Positions 55,238 to 64,000 of a stretch of 64,000 nt of DNA are shown here, one piece after another (positions within the stretch are counted from its first letter, which is position 1; each line of letters begins with the position of its first letter). Source of the DNA: Bacillota bacterium (GTDB lineage: Bacteria; Bacillota_I; Bacilli_A; ML615J-28; CAG-698). The notes below the pieces were generated by a model, which worked only from the letters and a program-made list of their open reading frames with translations, was not told where the DNA came from and ran no database searches. The stretch lies in the NCBI GenBank assembly GCA_016280895.1, contig JAEEHM010000080.1, positions 1,297-65,296 of the forward strand, written 5' to 3'. The position numbers were made by a program, and so were the translations under genes.

Positions 55238-55993
55238 ATGAAGAAAATTATTATTATAATTTTCTTTTCTCTTTTATTACTACTTTCAGGATGCAAAAAG
55301 GATATTGATAAAATAGATAATGAAGAAAAACAAGAATTAAATTATACTAATTTACAAGATAATGATTTTGATATCAATAAATATGAATTAGCAGAAATCC
55401 CTTTTGTGTTTGTAGAGAAATTATCAAGGCTTGATAATTACACTAAAACAACAAAGGGAAATACTATTGCGAAAAAGATAATCACATATAATCAGGAAAT
55501 AGATAATACCTATATTCAAAATAGTACAGAAAAGCACTTAATTACTATTTCTAAATCAAGTTTAAAGAATTTATATCATGAAGCATATTTTAAAGAAGAT
55601 ATAATTTCTTTAAAAACAAAAGAAAATGATGAATTTAGTGATATATCATATGAAGAATATCAATTAACATATGGCTATTTACCATATGGATATCATCTAG
55701 AAGGCTTTGTGCTATCAAAAGAATCAATTAAAGAAATAACAAAAGTAGATAATAATCAATATCATTTAGTTCTAGATAATGAAATAGGCACAAATGATGT
55801 GAAAATCCAAATGAAAGAATTTGGTGCTCTAAATGATTATCCAAGCTTTTCTTTAATTGAGATTGATATCGTAATAGAAGAAGACTTCACACCTATTAAG
55901 ATAATCTTAAAAAGTGAATATGAAGTTGATATTAAAATCTTAGGTAAAACTAAGTGTACACAAGATTATACTGTGGAATTTAAATATGAATAA
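55238..55993 (+). CDS. Hypothetical lipoprotein
   Basis: MKKIIIIIFFSLLLLLSGC lipobox. The start at 55238 comes right after the queA stop. Confidence 0.6.
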   Translation: MKKIIIIIFFSLLLLLSGCKKDIDKIDNEEKQELNYTNLQDNDFDINKYELAEIPFVFVEKLSRLDNYTKTTKGNTIAKKIITYNQEIDNTYIQNSTEKHLITISKSSLKNLYHEAYFKEDIISLKTKENDEFSDISYEEYQLTYGYLPYGYHLEGFVLSKESIKEITKVDNNQYHLVLDNEIGTNDVKIQMKEFGALNDYPSFSLIEIDIVIEEDFTPIKIILKSEYEVDIKILGKTKCTQDYTVEFKYE

Positions 55994-56028
55994 AAAAACT
56001 TGATGCTTTTGACATCAAGTTTCTTTTT

Positions 56029-56499
56029 TTATATCGTAATACGCATTAGGTCTAAGGCTCTATCTTGATTGGATCTTTTATTTCCTAGTTTTTCTTCTAA
56101 CATTCTATCAGCAGCATCCACAATGTCATAAGTATGATAAATAGGATAGTAGTCTATTATTTCACTGGCTGGAAATAATTTAAAGATTTGTTTGCTGATT
56201 AAATTGAATTTAATAGCAATTACTCGATAAATATAACCAATCCAATACATTTCATCTTGACTATATTTTATTTTTCCATATGTAGATTTTCCATATTCAT
56301 CATCTAATTCATCAAAGGTATCTTCTAAATTGCAAGACATAAACAAATAATCGAATTCATCAAATACTTTCACATATTTAGACATCATAAATCTTCTGAT
56401 AAATACAGGAGAACTATAATTAGTGTCTTTAACTGATAATTCAAATATTTTTGCTTGTAGGCGACACAAACATAATTCATGATATTCAAGTGGCATCAT
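56029..56499 (-). CDS. DUF3791-like protein
   Basis: Small helical protein that overlaps the upstream DUF3990-like gene by 4 nt. Family call is from recalled gene-pair context and pattern only. Confidence 0.45.
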   Translation of the reverse strand: MMPLEYHELCLCRLQAKIFELSVKDTNYSSPVFIRRFMMSKYVKVFDEFDYLFMSCNLEDTFDELDDEYGKSTYGKIKYSQDEMYWIGYIYRVIAIKFNLISKQIFKLFPASEIIDYYPIYHTYDIVDAADRMLEEKLGNKRSNQDRALDLMRITI

Positions 56500-57347
56500 A
56501 TAAAGACCTCCTCTATATATTTTCCTTTACCTTTGTATTCAATGCGAGCTAGACTTACCTTGTTCATACAAGTTTTCGCTAGTTCCATTCTTTTGTATTT
56601 GGCACGTTTTCTTTCACTTGCTGACATATATAGCTCTTTTATTAAACTCAGTTGATCTAGGGCTTTTTGTGTTTTAATGACATATTGCATACCTAAATTT
56701 GTGGCTGCAAGAGAATGAATGCACTGTTCATCTGTTATTGTACCTGTCACATATTCAGAAATTATATCAAACATTCTATTATCTGCAATTGGTGCTATGA
56801 TTACATCAGCATTTTCTATTTTTTGGATTAGTTTTTTTATAATTTGACTATTTTCATAGGATTTGATCCATCCTCTATAATATGAAATTGCAATCATCCA
56901 ATCTCTTTCAACATTAAAATTAATGATATTCAAATCATTTTTATCCAATTTGAAAGATAGTATTTTACCATCAATGTTTGATGCAATGTAAGCTTGTGCT
57001 TGAGTTAGATTTTCACCTAAATAAAAACCAATTCCAAAATCATTATGTTTTCGTGAATGGGAAACATAGTCAATTGGAAACTTAAAATCATCCTTTGTAG
57101 CATGAAAAAGAAGAACATCATTTTCCTTTAATTGCTCACGCCATAGGCTTTCATAGATAAAGTTAAAACAAATATCATGATTATAAGCATATTCATAAAA
57201 CAATTCGGCTTTTTGCCAATCAACATCAGTATTTTCTTTTTCCCATTTATTGATTGTTTCAAAGGATAAGCCTAATTCACTTGCTAATTCAGATTGACTG
57301 ATATTTAAAATATTTCTTAGACTAATTAAATCTTTATATATTTTCAT
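56496..57347 (-). CDS. XRE-type HTH fused to a DUF3990-like domain
   Basis: RBS gaggaa plus ATG at 57347. HTH ISQSELASELGLSFETINKWEKE. DUF3990-like LLFHATKDDF...HNDFGIGFYLGENLTQAQAY. Confidence 0.55.
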   Translation of the reverse strand: MKIYKDLISLRNILNISQSELASELGLSFETINKWEKENTDVDWQKAELFYEYAYNHDICFNFIYESLWREQLKENDVLLFHATKDDFKFPIDYVSHSRKHNDFGIGFYLGENLTQAQAYIASNIDGKILSFKLDKNDLNIINFNVERDWMIAISYYRGWIKSYENSQIIKKLIQKIENADVIIAPIADNRMFDIISEYVTGTITDEQCIHSLAATNLGMQYVIKTQKALDQLSLIKELYMSASERKRAKYKRMELAKTCMNKVSLARIEYKGKGKYIEEVFI

Positions 57348-57475
57348 AATTCTATTCCTCAACTATATTATACAATTATATATAAGTAAGTTCAAGGATT
57401 TTTTAAAACTTACTTATATGTTTTTATATATACAAGTTAAAAGAACATGATGTTTTATAACACCATGTTCTTTTT

Positions 57476-58258
57476 TTATATTAAATCAATCATATCTTTT
57501 ACTGAATTAAATACATAATCAGCTTTAATATCTGATTTATTGTAATCGTCTATACTTGTTTCTCCACTTAAGACCAAACAAGATTTAACATTCGCATTAT
57601 TTGCAGATTTAATATCTGTATATAATCTATCACCAATCATTAAAATCTCATCATTTTGAAGATTTTCTTTTTCCTTTAAGATATTTATCATATCAGGTTC
57701 AGGTTTTCCAATGAATTTTGGCCTTTTCTTTGTTGCATTATAGATCATATCGCAGATAGATCCACAATCTGGGATATATCTACCGCCAGCGATTGGACAA
57801 ACATAGTCAGTATTAGTAGCAAGATATATTTTACCATCATCGATGTATTTACAAGCTTTTTCTAATTTTTCATATGTAAGCTCTCTATCAAAGCCAATTA
57901 GCACTATATCTGGATCATCATCTACAATTTTGACATTATAGGCCTCTAATTCGCCCTGTAATGCTTTTGTGCCGACAAGGTATACACTTTTACCTTTGTA
58001 CATCTTAGATAAATACATGCCCATTGCCATGCCCGAGGTAAAGATGTTATCTAAAGTTACATCGATATTTAATCGCTTTAGTTTATTTAGATAATCAATT
58101 TGGCTTTTAGATGAATTGTTGGTTAAGAAGATGTATTTCTTATTTTCAGCTTTTATCTTATTTAAAAAGTCATAAACACCATCAAAAACATCATCATCTA
58201 GATAGATTGTGCCATCCATATCAAGTAAAAACAACTTAATATTCTTTAAATCCTTCAT
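57476..58258 (-). CDS. HAD-IIA family hydrolase (NagD/YutF-like)
   Basis: FLLDMDGTIY, FLTNNSS, GKPEP, IGDRLYTDI. Confidence 0.85.
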   Translation of the reverse strand: MKDLKNIKLFLLDMDGTIYLDDDVFDGVYDFLNKIKAENKKYIFLTNNSSKSQIDYLNKLKRLNIDVTLDNIFTSGMAMGMYLSKMYKGKSVYLVGTKALQGELEAYNVKIVDDDPDIVLIGFDRELTYEKLEKACKYIDDGKIYLATNTDYVCPIAGGRYIPDCGSICDMIYNATKKRPKFIGKPEPDMINILKEKENLQNDEILMIGDRLYTDIKSANNANVKSCLVLSGETSIDDYNKSDIKADYVFNSVKDMIDLI

Positions 58259-58267
58259 TTTTACCTC

Positions 58268-60394
58268 CTAAATATCATATTTAGCTAATATTTGACTTGG
58301 AGTCTTACGTAAAAGTGATGTAATTGGAAGTATTCCAATGATAATTGATACCGCAAATATACCTGCAAGAATTAAATATGTTGATAAGAATTCACTAGCA
58401 ACAATTTGCGTTGCATAGCCCATTGAAACCTTATTGATCGCTTTTGATATTATAGATGAACCTAAAGTTATCATTAAATATCCAAGTGCTGTCGTAAATA
58501 AGGTCATAAAGAAGATATCAAATACATATTTTACGGTAATTTTAGTTCTTGAATATGATAAAGCACGATAAATTCCGATTGTGTAAATATCATTGATCAT
58601 CTTAGATCTCATTGAGAAATAGATGTATACAAGGGAAATCGCAAATAAAATGATAATAACTGGAACAAGAATTAATTTTTGTTCACGGTTTTGTTCCTTT
58701 ATTTGTTGGTAGGTGATATTGTAGACAGTATCCATTACAAGTCCATTATTTTCTAAATATCCCTTTAATTGGTCATATTTAGATGTTGTAAAACAAGAAT
58801 ATACGATAAAAGAACTAGCATTTGCGTTTAATTTATAGGCACATTTACTATCTCTATCTACAATTCCTACAATTTTATATCTAGGACCTGCTGAAAAAGC
58901 ATAGCCTTCAGATAAATCTTCACCAATTAAAATATCATATGTTGCTTTTGAATCAATATTAGATAAGATTTCATCAGCTAATTTCTTTGATAAGACTATT
59001 TCATTATTATTTACAGGCATTGTACCCTTAATTAAAGTATTTCCTTCAATTAAATTAGTGTTAAAGATATAATCTGTAACTGTTACTTCAGTATTTTTAT
59101 AATAATTTGTGAAATAATTGAAACGTAACATTGATTGATCATTATATATTTCATCAATTAAGCCTTGAGTTTTAGCGACACTTAAGATGTTAGCAACATC
59201 TTTTGAATAATCTTCCTTCACCTTATAGACTGAATTATCATAAGATATTGTGTTTTTATTGACGTAAGTGTAATTAGCTAAGGAAATATTCATAAATGCG
59301 ACAATGATTCCAATTAAGAACATCGCAAAATGGAAGAATTTAGTTCTTTTCTTTCGATTAAAGAAATTAAAGAAGGAATCTTTAATTTGACGTAAGAATA
59401 ATTTAAAGCTTGAATTCTTTAGATTATTTGAAAATATTGAATGATCATATTCAAAATCATCATTTTCAATTGTTTTAGTGAAATCTGTACTTTTAGCATC
59501 AATTAATTTAAAATTAGTATCTTCTAATAATTTGATTTTCACATTAGATTCTAAGTAGAAAATATTATTTCTTTCTACTAATTTTAATTCAATTTTCTTG
59601 TTTTCATTATTTTCTAAATAGATTGTAGATGATAAATTATCATTATTTTCTTCGATTTTTTCTAAATCTTGTAGATAAATCTTATTGTCACCTGCATCGA
59701 GTACAGCATTTTCCTTATCACTTGCTCTTTCACCAATTACCTTACCATCAGATATTTCAATGATAGAATCACTGAAATATTCAGCTAGGTTCTTATCGTG
59801 AGTAACTAAAAGTACTAAAGCACTCTTTGATATTTTCTTTAAGATATTCATAATATCTAAAGAATTCTTACTATCAAGGTTACCAGTTGGTTCATCAGCA
59901 ATGATTATTGATGCTTCTTTAACTAAGCATCTAGCGATGGCAACACGCTGCATTTGACCACCTGATAGGGCTGATGCTAATTTTTTACGGAATTTGTATA
60001 AACCGACAAGTTTAAGTACATATTCTACACGTTTTTTAATTTCATCTTCATCAGTGATATTAATAGCATGAAGTGCTATTTTTAAATTATCATAGACAGT
60101 TTCTGAAAGAAGTAGATGATAATTTTGAAATACGTATGCTATTTTTTCTTTTCTGATTTTATCGACCTTTGTAAGTCGATATTTTTTTATAGTCTCATTA
60201 TCGTATTGGATTATACCACTTGCTTTATCTAGACCACCAATTACATTAAGTAAGGTAGTTTTACCAGAACCTGAGGCACCAAAGAAGGTGATAAGACCAG
60301 TATCAGGTAAAGTCAAGCTCACATCATTAATAACATGAATTTCGTTATTTTTATTTTTATTGTAATATTTATTTAAATTAGTGACCTTAATCAT
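58268..60394 (-). CDS. Fused ABC ATPase / FtsX(MacB)-type permease
   Basis: GASGSGKTT, LSGGQMQRVAIAR, IIADEPTGNLD. After that, TM, a large extracytoplasmic domain, then 3 TM. Confidence 0.85.
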   Translation of the reverse strand: MIKVTNLNKYYNKNKNNEIHVINDVSLTLPDTGLITFFGASGSGKTTLLNVIGGLDKASGIIQYDNETIKKYRLTKVDKIRKEKIAYVFQNYHLLLSETVYDNLKIALHAINITDEDEIKKRVEYVLKLVGLYKFRKKLASALSGGQMQRVAIARCLVKEASIIIADEPTGNLDSKNSLDIMNILKKISKSALVLLVTHDKNLAEYFSDSIIEISDGKVIGERASDKENAVLDAGDNKIYLQDLEKIEENNDNLSSTIYLENNENKKIELKLVERNNIFYLESNVKIKLLEDTNFKLIDAKSTDFTKTIENDDFEYDHSIFSNNLKNSSFKLFLRQIKDSFFNFFNRKKRTKFFHFAMFLIGIIVAFMNISLANYTYVNKNTISYDNSVYKVKEDYSKDVANILSVAKTQGLIDEIYNDQSMLRFNYFTNYYKNTEVTVTDYIFNTNLIEGNTLIKGTMPVNNNEIVLSKKLADEILSNIDSKATYDILIGEDLSEGYAFSAGPRYKIVGIVDRDSKCAYKLNANASSFIVYSCFTTSKYDQLKGYLENNGLVMDTVYNITYQQIKEQNREQKLILVPVIIILFAISLVYIYFSMRSKMINDIYTIGIYRALSYSRTKITVKYVFDIFFMTLFTTALGYLMITLGSSIISKAINKVSMGYATQIVASEFLSTYLILAGIFAVSIIIGILPITSLLRKTPSQILAKYDI

Positions 60395-62582
60395 TTTTCA
60401 CTTCCTCAGCTTTCAATGTTTTGTTGACGCTAAATTTAAATAGCTTTTTGTTGAATCTTCTCGCAATTAAAATACCAAATAATGTCATTACAATAAAATA
60501 TAGTATTGATGTTAATGGTAAAATATGCTTGAAGATGATAAATACAGATTTATTAATAGTTTTACCTAAGATAAATACTAAAATATACACAACTATGCTT
60601 AAGGCAATTGTTGTTATTAAAACCTCACATAGCACAATAAAGCGCATATCTTTCTTAGTAATACCTAGAGTTCTTATAATTGTGTAATCTTTTCGCTTAG
60701 ATTGATAAATCTTAGCTAAGATAATGTATGAGATAAAATAGATTACAATTAAAGTAAAGCTTGCCATCACAATTGCGAAATAGCCCCATAAATTATTGAT
60801 TAGCTTTTCAAGAGCAGATGTTGTTGAATATCCTTTAACAAGTGTACCAGAATAACCTAGTGATTCAGCCTTAGATAAAGCAACCTTAGGGAATTTTGAA
60901 TAGATGAAGGCTTCATATGGATTGTCATCGATTTTATCAATATATGATGGTGATATAAATAAAACATATGTTGAATAATAATATCCATTTTTTTCTTCAC
61001 TAGTATATGGAATTAATTCAAGCTCACAGCCATCAATTAGATGATATTTACCATAATCAAAATTATCAAGATAAGCACTATCAGCACTAAATGCTTCTGA
61101 ATTATATTTAAGATATGGCTTTGTAGCAGTTTCATCATATCTTATTTCAAAATAAGCACCATATTGATCATATCTTGTACCATCCTTCATGTAATATAGT
61201 GGAATGTTTTGATTGTTGTTTTGGAATAGGGCGTTAAAGATGAAATTCCTTTCAATTTCGCTATTTCCACATACTGCATATTTTCCACTTTCAATATCAT
61301 GAACGAATTTATAACCAACTACCTTGTATGATTTAATTGATTCATCCTTATAATTATACATATTATCAAAGCTGAATGTTTGTGATAATATTTCTTCTTT
61401 ATCAAGCTTCATCAGATTTTCTGGAAGTAATAATACACATTCATCATTACTTGTAGGCATTCTACCACCTGATAAGCTTGCTGCTAAATTATAAGGGCAG
61501 GCCTCATATGTGCATTCATAGAGGCTATCACTACCAAAATCTAAGAAGTGATAATAATTTGTTTGGGCATAGAAATTATTAATATCATAATCATAGATAG
61601 TGCCATTAGATTTTAGATTATCTAATTTTGATGTATCTAGCTTATTATGATTGATATCATAAATTAATACCTTATCTTCATTTTCATACACAAATGGATT
61701 ATAGTATTGTTCATTATTTTGTAGGTACATGATTGCTTGATAAAGGGAAATCGCAAATAAGGCAATGAAGAAGAAGACTAAAGATGTTAGAATTGTTTTC
61801 TTTGGTGTCTTTAAGATATTCTTTAAAGCAACATTGAAAGCAATCTTTTTATCTAATTTTACATAATCTAAATCTAATTCTTCATCAACATCATTATTTT
61901 CGGTTTCTCTTAAAATTGTGTCTTCCACAATTTCACCATCATGGACCTTGATTTTACGAGTTGCGATATGTTCAATAGATTCATAGTTGTGAGTTACAAT
62001 TAATACTAATTTATCTTTCGCAACTTCTTTAATTAAATTGATAATTTCTACTGATGTTTTACTATCAAGATTACCAGTAGGTTCATCACATGCTAAGATT
62101 TCCGCATTTGATGCTAGTGCTCTTGCAATAACACATCTTTGTTTCTCACCACCAGATAGTTGTACACCACGATTGTGTATTCTTTTCTTTAAGCCAACCT
62201 TTTCAATTAATTCAATGGCTTTGGCTTTAGCATCTTTAGAATTATTACCATTTAATCTAAATGGTAACATGACATTTTCTAGAACTGTATAGCTATCGAT
62301 GATATTATAATTTTGAAAAATAAAGCCAACTTTATTTTTTCTGAAATTATCCATATCATCGATAGAGAAATAAGATGTTTCATTACCCTTATAATAAATT
62401 TCCCCTTCATCGAAGGTATCCATCTTTGTAATCACATTTAAAAGGGTTGATTTACCAGAACCACTTTCACCAGTTATAGCAACAATCTCACCTTTGTGAA
62501 AACTTAGATTGATATTACGAAGTCCTAGATTTGTAACATTATTGTTGTTGTAGTACTTCGATACATTTACTAGTTTTAACAT
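60387..62582 (-). CDS. Fused ABC ATPase / FtsX(MacB)-type permease (paralogue, 8-nt overlap with partner)
   Basis: GESGSGKST, LSGGEKQRCVIAR, LACDEPTGNLD. Same TM / large loop / 3-TM topology. Confidence 0.85.
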   Translation of the reverse strand: MLKLVNVSKYYNNNNVTNLGLRNINLSFHKGEIVAITGESGSGKSTLLNVITKMDTFDEGEIYYKGNETSYFSIDDMDNFRKNKVGFIFQNYNIIDSYTVLENVMLPFRLNGNNSKDAKAKAIELIEKVGLKKRIHNRGVQLSGGEKQRCVIARALASNAEILACDEPTGNLDSKTSVEIINLIKEVAKDKLVLIVTHNYESIEHIATRKIKVHDGEIVEDTILRETENNDVDEELDLDYVKLDKKIAFNVALKNILKTPKKTILTSLVFFFIALFAISLYQAIMYLQNNEQYYNPFVYENEDKVLIYDINHNKLDTSKLDNLKSNGTIYDYDINNFYAQTNYYHFLDFGSDSLYECTYEACPYNLAASLSGGRMPTSNDECVLLLPENLMKLDKEEILSQTFSFDNMYNYKDESIKSYKVVGYKFVHDIESGKYAVCGNSEIERNFIFNALFQNNNQNIPLYYMKDGTRYDQYGAYFEIRYDETATKPYLKYNSEAFSADSAYLDNFDYGKYHLIDGCELELIPYTSEEKNGYYYSTYVLFISPSYIDKIDDNPYEAFIYSKFPKVALSKAESLGYSGTLVKGYSTTSALEKLINNLWGYFAIVMASFTLIVIYFISYIILAKIYQSKRKDYTIIRTLGITKKDMRFIVLCEVLITTIALSIVVYILVFILGKTINKSVFIIFKHILPLTSILYFIVMTLFGILIARRFNKKLFKFSVNKTLKAEEVKND

Positions 62583-62725
62583 TGTTTTATCCTTTCTTTT
62601 TAAAATATTTTGTTCTTTTTATCTAATGTATTATACCACATTCGATTAACTAAAGCAAATTACACAATTTCTTTTACAAATCACTAATATTATGTTATAA
62701 TACTTAAGTAAAAAAGGGAAGAATT

Positions 62726-63184
62726 ATGCATAAGATTTTATTTTTGTGTCATGGCAATATTTGTAGAAGTCCAATGGCAGAATTTGTGTTTAAAGATATT
62801 GTGAAAAGAAGAGGTCTTGATGATGAATATGAAATATCATCAAGTGCTCTAACTTATGATGAAATTGGCAATGATATGTATTATTTAGCAAAATCTACCT
62901 TAGATAAAAATAATATTCCATACACTAAAAGACAAGCAAAGCTTTTTAATAAACATGAATATGAATATTATGATTTGATTATCATCATGGATGATGAAAA
63001 TCAATATCTAATTGATCATATTATTAAAGATACAAAGCATAAGGTTCATAGATTACTTGAATACTGTAATCTAAAAAGAGATGTTTTAGATCCATGGTAT
63101 ACAAGAAGATTTGATGATGCTTATGCTGATATTAAAATGGGATGCACTGCTTTATTTGATTTTCTTAATAATACAAATAAATAG
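62726..63184 (+). CDS. Low-molecular-weight protein-tyrosine phosphatase
   Basis: P-loop LCHGNICRSPMAE and the DPWY aspartate motif. Confidence 0.9.
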   Translation: MHKILFLCHGNICRSPMAEFVFKDIVKRRGLDDEYEISSSALTYDEIGNDMYYLAKSTLDKNNIPYTKRQAKLFNKHEYEYYDLIIIMDDENQYLIDHIIKDTKHKVHRLLEYCNLKRDVLDPWYTRRFDDAYADIKMGCTALFDFLNNTNK

Positions 63185-63395
63185 AATAAATAGTTTCATA
63201 AATAATAAGATGCATCTTGCATCTTTTTTTTGACATTTATCGCCATCATAATGAGAAGACTTTATAAAGATGTTTTTTATTTATCGCATTTTTTTCACTT
63301 TTATGAGCCAAAACCAAAAATGAGTGCACCAAATATTAATTTAAGCTACTCATTAGAGGAAGTGTGGTAAGGATGTTTTTTGCTTATACGAGATT

Positions 63396-63651
63396 GAAAA
63401 TGTCGGTGTAAATGTCGGTGTAAACTGAAAATGTCGGTGTAAATGTCGGTGTAAATAATGAATTAACAGAAATAGAAATAAAAATCTTAGATGAAATAAT
63501 GAATAATCCACAAATAACCACTTTTGATGTTTCCTCAATAATTGGTAAAAGCAAAAGAACAGCTGAAAGATATATAAAATCACTTCAGGAAAAAGGGTAT
63601 ATAATAAGGGATGATTCTGATAAAAAAGGAAATTGGGAAGTCGTCAAGTAA
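63396..63651 (+). pseudogene. 3' fragment of a gene encoding (VGVN)n linker plus C-terminal wHTH, preceded by a 31-nt duplication
   Basis: gaaaatgtcggtgtaaatgtcggtgtaaa(c/t) occurs at 63396 and 63427, with a 31-nt period that shifts the frame. The second copy reads ENVGVNVGVNNELTEIEIKILDEIMNNPQITTFDVSSIIGKSKRTAERYIKSLQEKGYI... to the stop at 63649-63651. There is no start codon or N-terminal domain. Confidence 0.55.
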
Positions 63652-63693
63652 CAAAAACACCAATAGAATATTGATGTAAGATATTACATTTAA

Positions 63694-64000
63694 TTCTCAA
63701 TCAGCTGCAGCATCATATGTAACAGGCCACTTATTCAATTCAAAAAAATAGCTGACACCTATAAAAGTGTAACAAAAGATAATATTGATAAAGACACTGT
63801 AAAAAAATATATAGATTATTTTATTGATGCATTTGTTTTAAAAGAAGCAAAAAGGTATGATGTTAAAGGTAATAAGGAAATTGGTGCACTAAAAAAATAT
63901 TTCTTTATTGATAATGGATTAAGAAATGCAAGATTAAACTTTGCATATGACGATGAAGGACAAATGCTTGAAAACATGGTATATAACGAATTAATTTATA
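63694..64000 (+). pseudogene. 5'-truncated AAA_14/DUF4143-type ATPase fragment (runs off the window)
   Basis: ...FKKIADTYKSVTKDNIDKDTVKKYIDYFIDAFVLKEAKRYDVKG...KKYFFIDNGLRNARL... is the DUF4143 region. No Walker-A part lies upstream, and an in-frame TAA sits at 63691-63693. Confidence 0.6.

Noticed and set aside
9584-63583. Other short overlapping ORFs in the track (e.g. 9584-9778, 9846-10088, 10421-10663, 11313-11498, 11916-12101, 15080-15343, 15563-15766, 16190-16390, 17938-18144, 19186-19386, 20820-21023, 21676-21861, 26370-26941, 30816-31019, 33096-33341, 34339-34566, 35185-35591, 36485-37110, 38452-38784, 39618-39827, 40968-41255, 43790-44011, 44670-44852, 45515-45706, 45941-46198, 48813-49344, 50054-50362, 53329-53529, 60421-60687, 62038-62292, 63353-63583)
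   Set aside because: All are embedded in or antisense to strongly supported genes, or span promoters and riboswitches. They lack RBSs and have skewed low-complexity composition typical of chance ORFs in AT-rich DNA.
1-64000. Mollicute-type genetic code (UGA=Trp), rRNA/tRNA genes, and an identifiable mobile element (integrase/transposase)
   Set aside because: Several well-supported genes end at TGA (7201-7203, 8577-8579, 21624-26), and Trp is encoded by TGG. I saw no tRNA-like or rRNA-like GC-rich structured stretches. No recombinase ORF is present, so the direct repeats cannot be tied to a known element.

Overview
This is a visibly AT-rich chromosomal segment that uses the standard genetic code: TGA acts as a stop at 7201-7203 and 8577-8579. 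It looks Firmicutes- or Tenericutes-like, but I cannot assign a taxon from sequence alone. From about 22 to 55 kb the content is mostly housekeeping: hpf, secA, prfB, recX, an FtsK/SftA-like translocase, lepB, rbgA, rnhB, topA, ftsY-ylxM-ffh and ruvA-ruvB-queA. These are interspersed with lipoproteins, TetR regulators and STAND-like AAA ATPases.

The left third is accessory and falls into four parts. (i) Two membrane proteins with a degenerate GGDEF domain and an EAL domain (c-di-GMP turnover or sensing). (ii) A small defence islet: an AbiL-like AAA+RloB pair, an AbiE pair whose toxin carries an in-frame stop, a HEPN-like ORF and an orphan HTH. (iii) Three tandem c-di-GMP-I (GEMM-I) riboswitches. 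(iv) The co-directional gene string they gate (11.4-19.4 kb), followed by a decayed defence/TA patch (Abi_2 fragment, lone AAA ATPase, orphan RelB/DinJ) flanked by direct repeats.

The gated locus encodes two TasA/camelysin-like proteins with SipW-type signal peptides and two SipW-type (archaeal/ER-type) signal peptidases. Embedded between them are a membrane-anchored McrB-family GTPase and a 940-aa McrC-like protein that has no recognisable nuclease and a roughly 600-aa coiled coil. This locus is the best candidate for an undescribed system.

The right end holds two fused ABC ATPase/FtsX permeases, a LMW phosphotyrosine phosphatase and gene fragments. I saw no rRNA, tRNA, CRISPR, transposase or integrase genes. 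All homology calls come from motif recognition by eye, not from searches.
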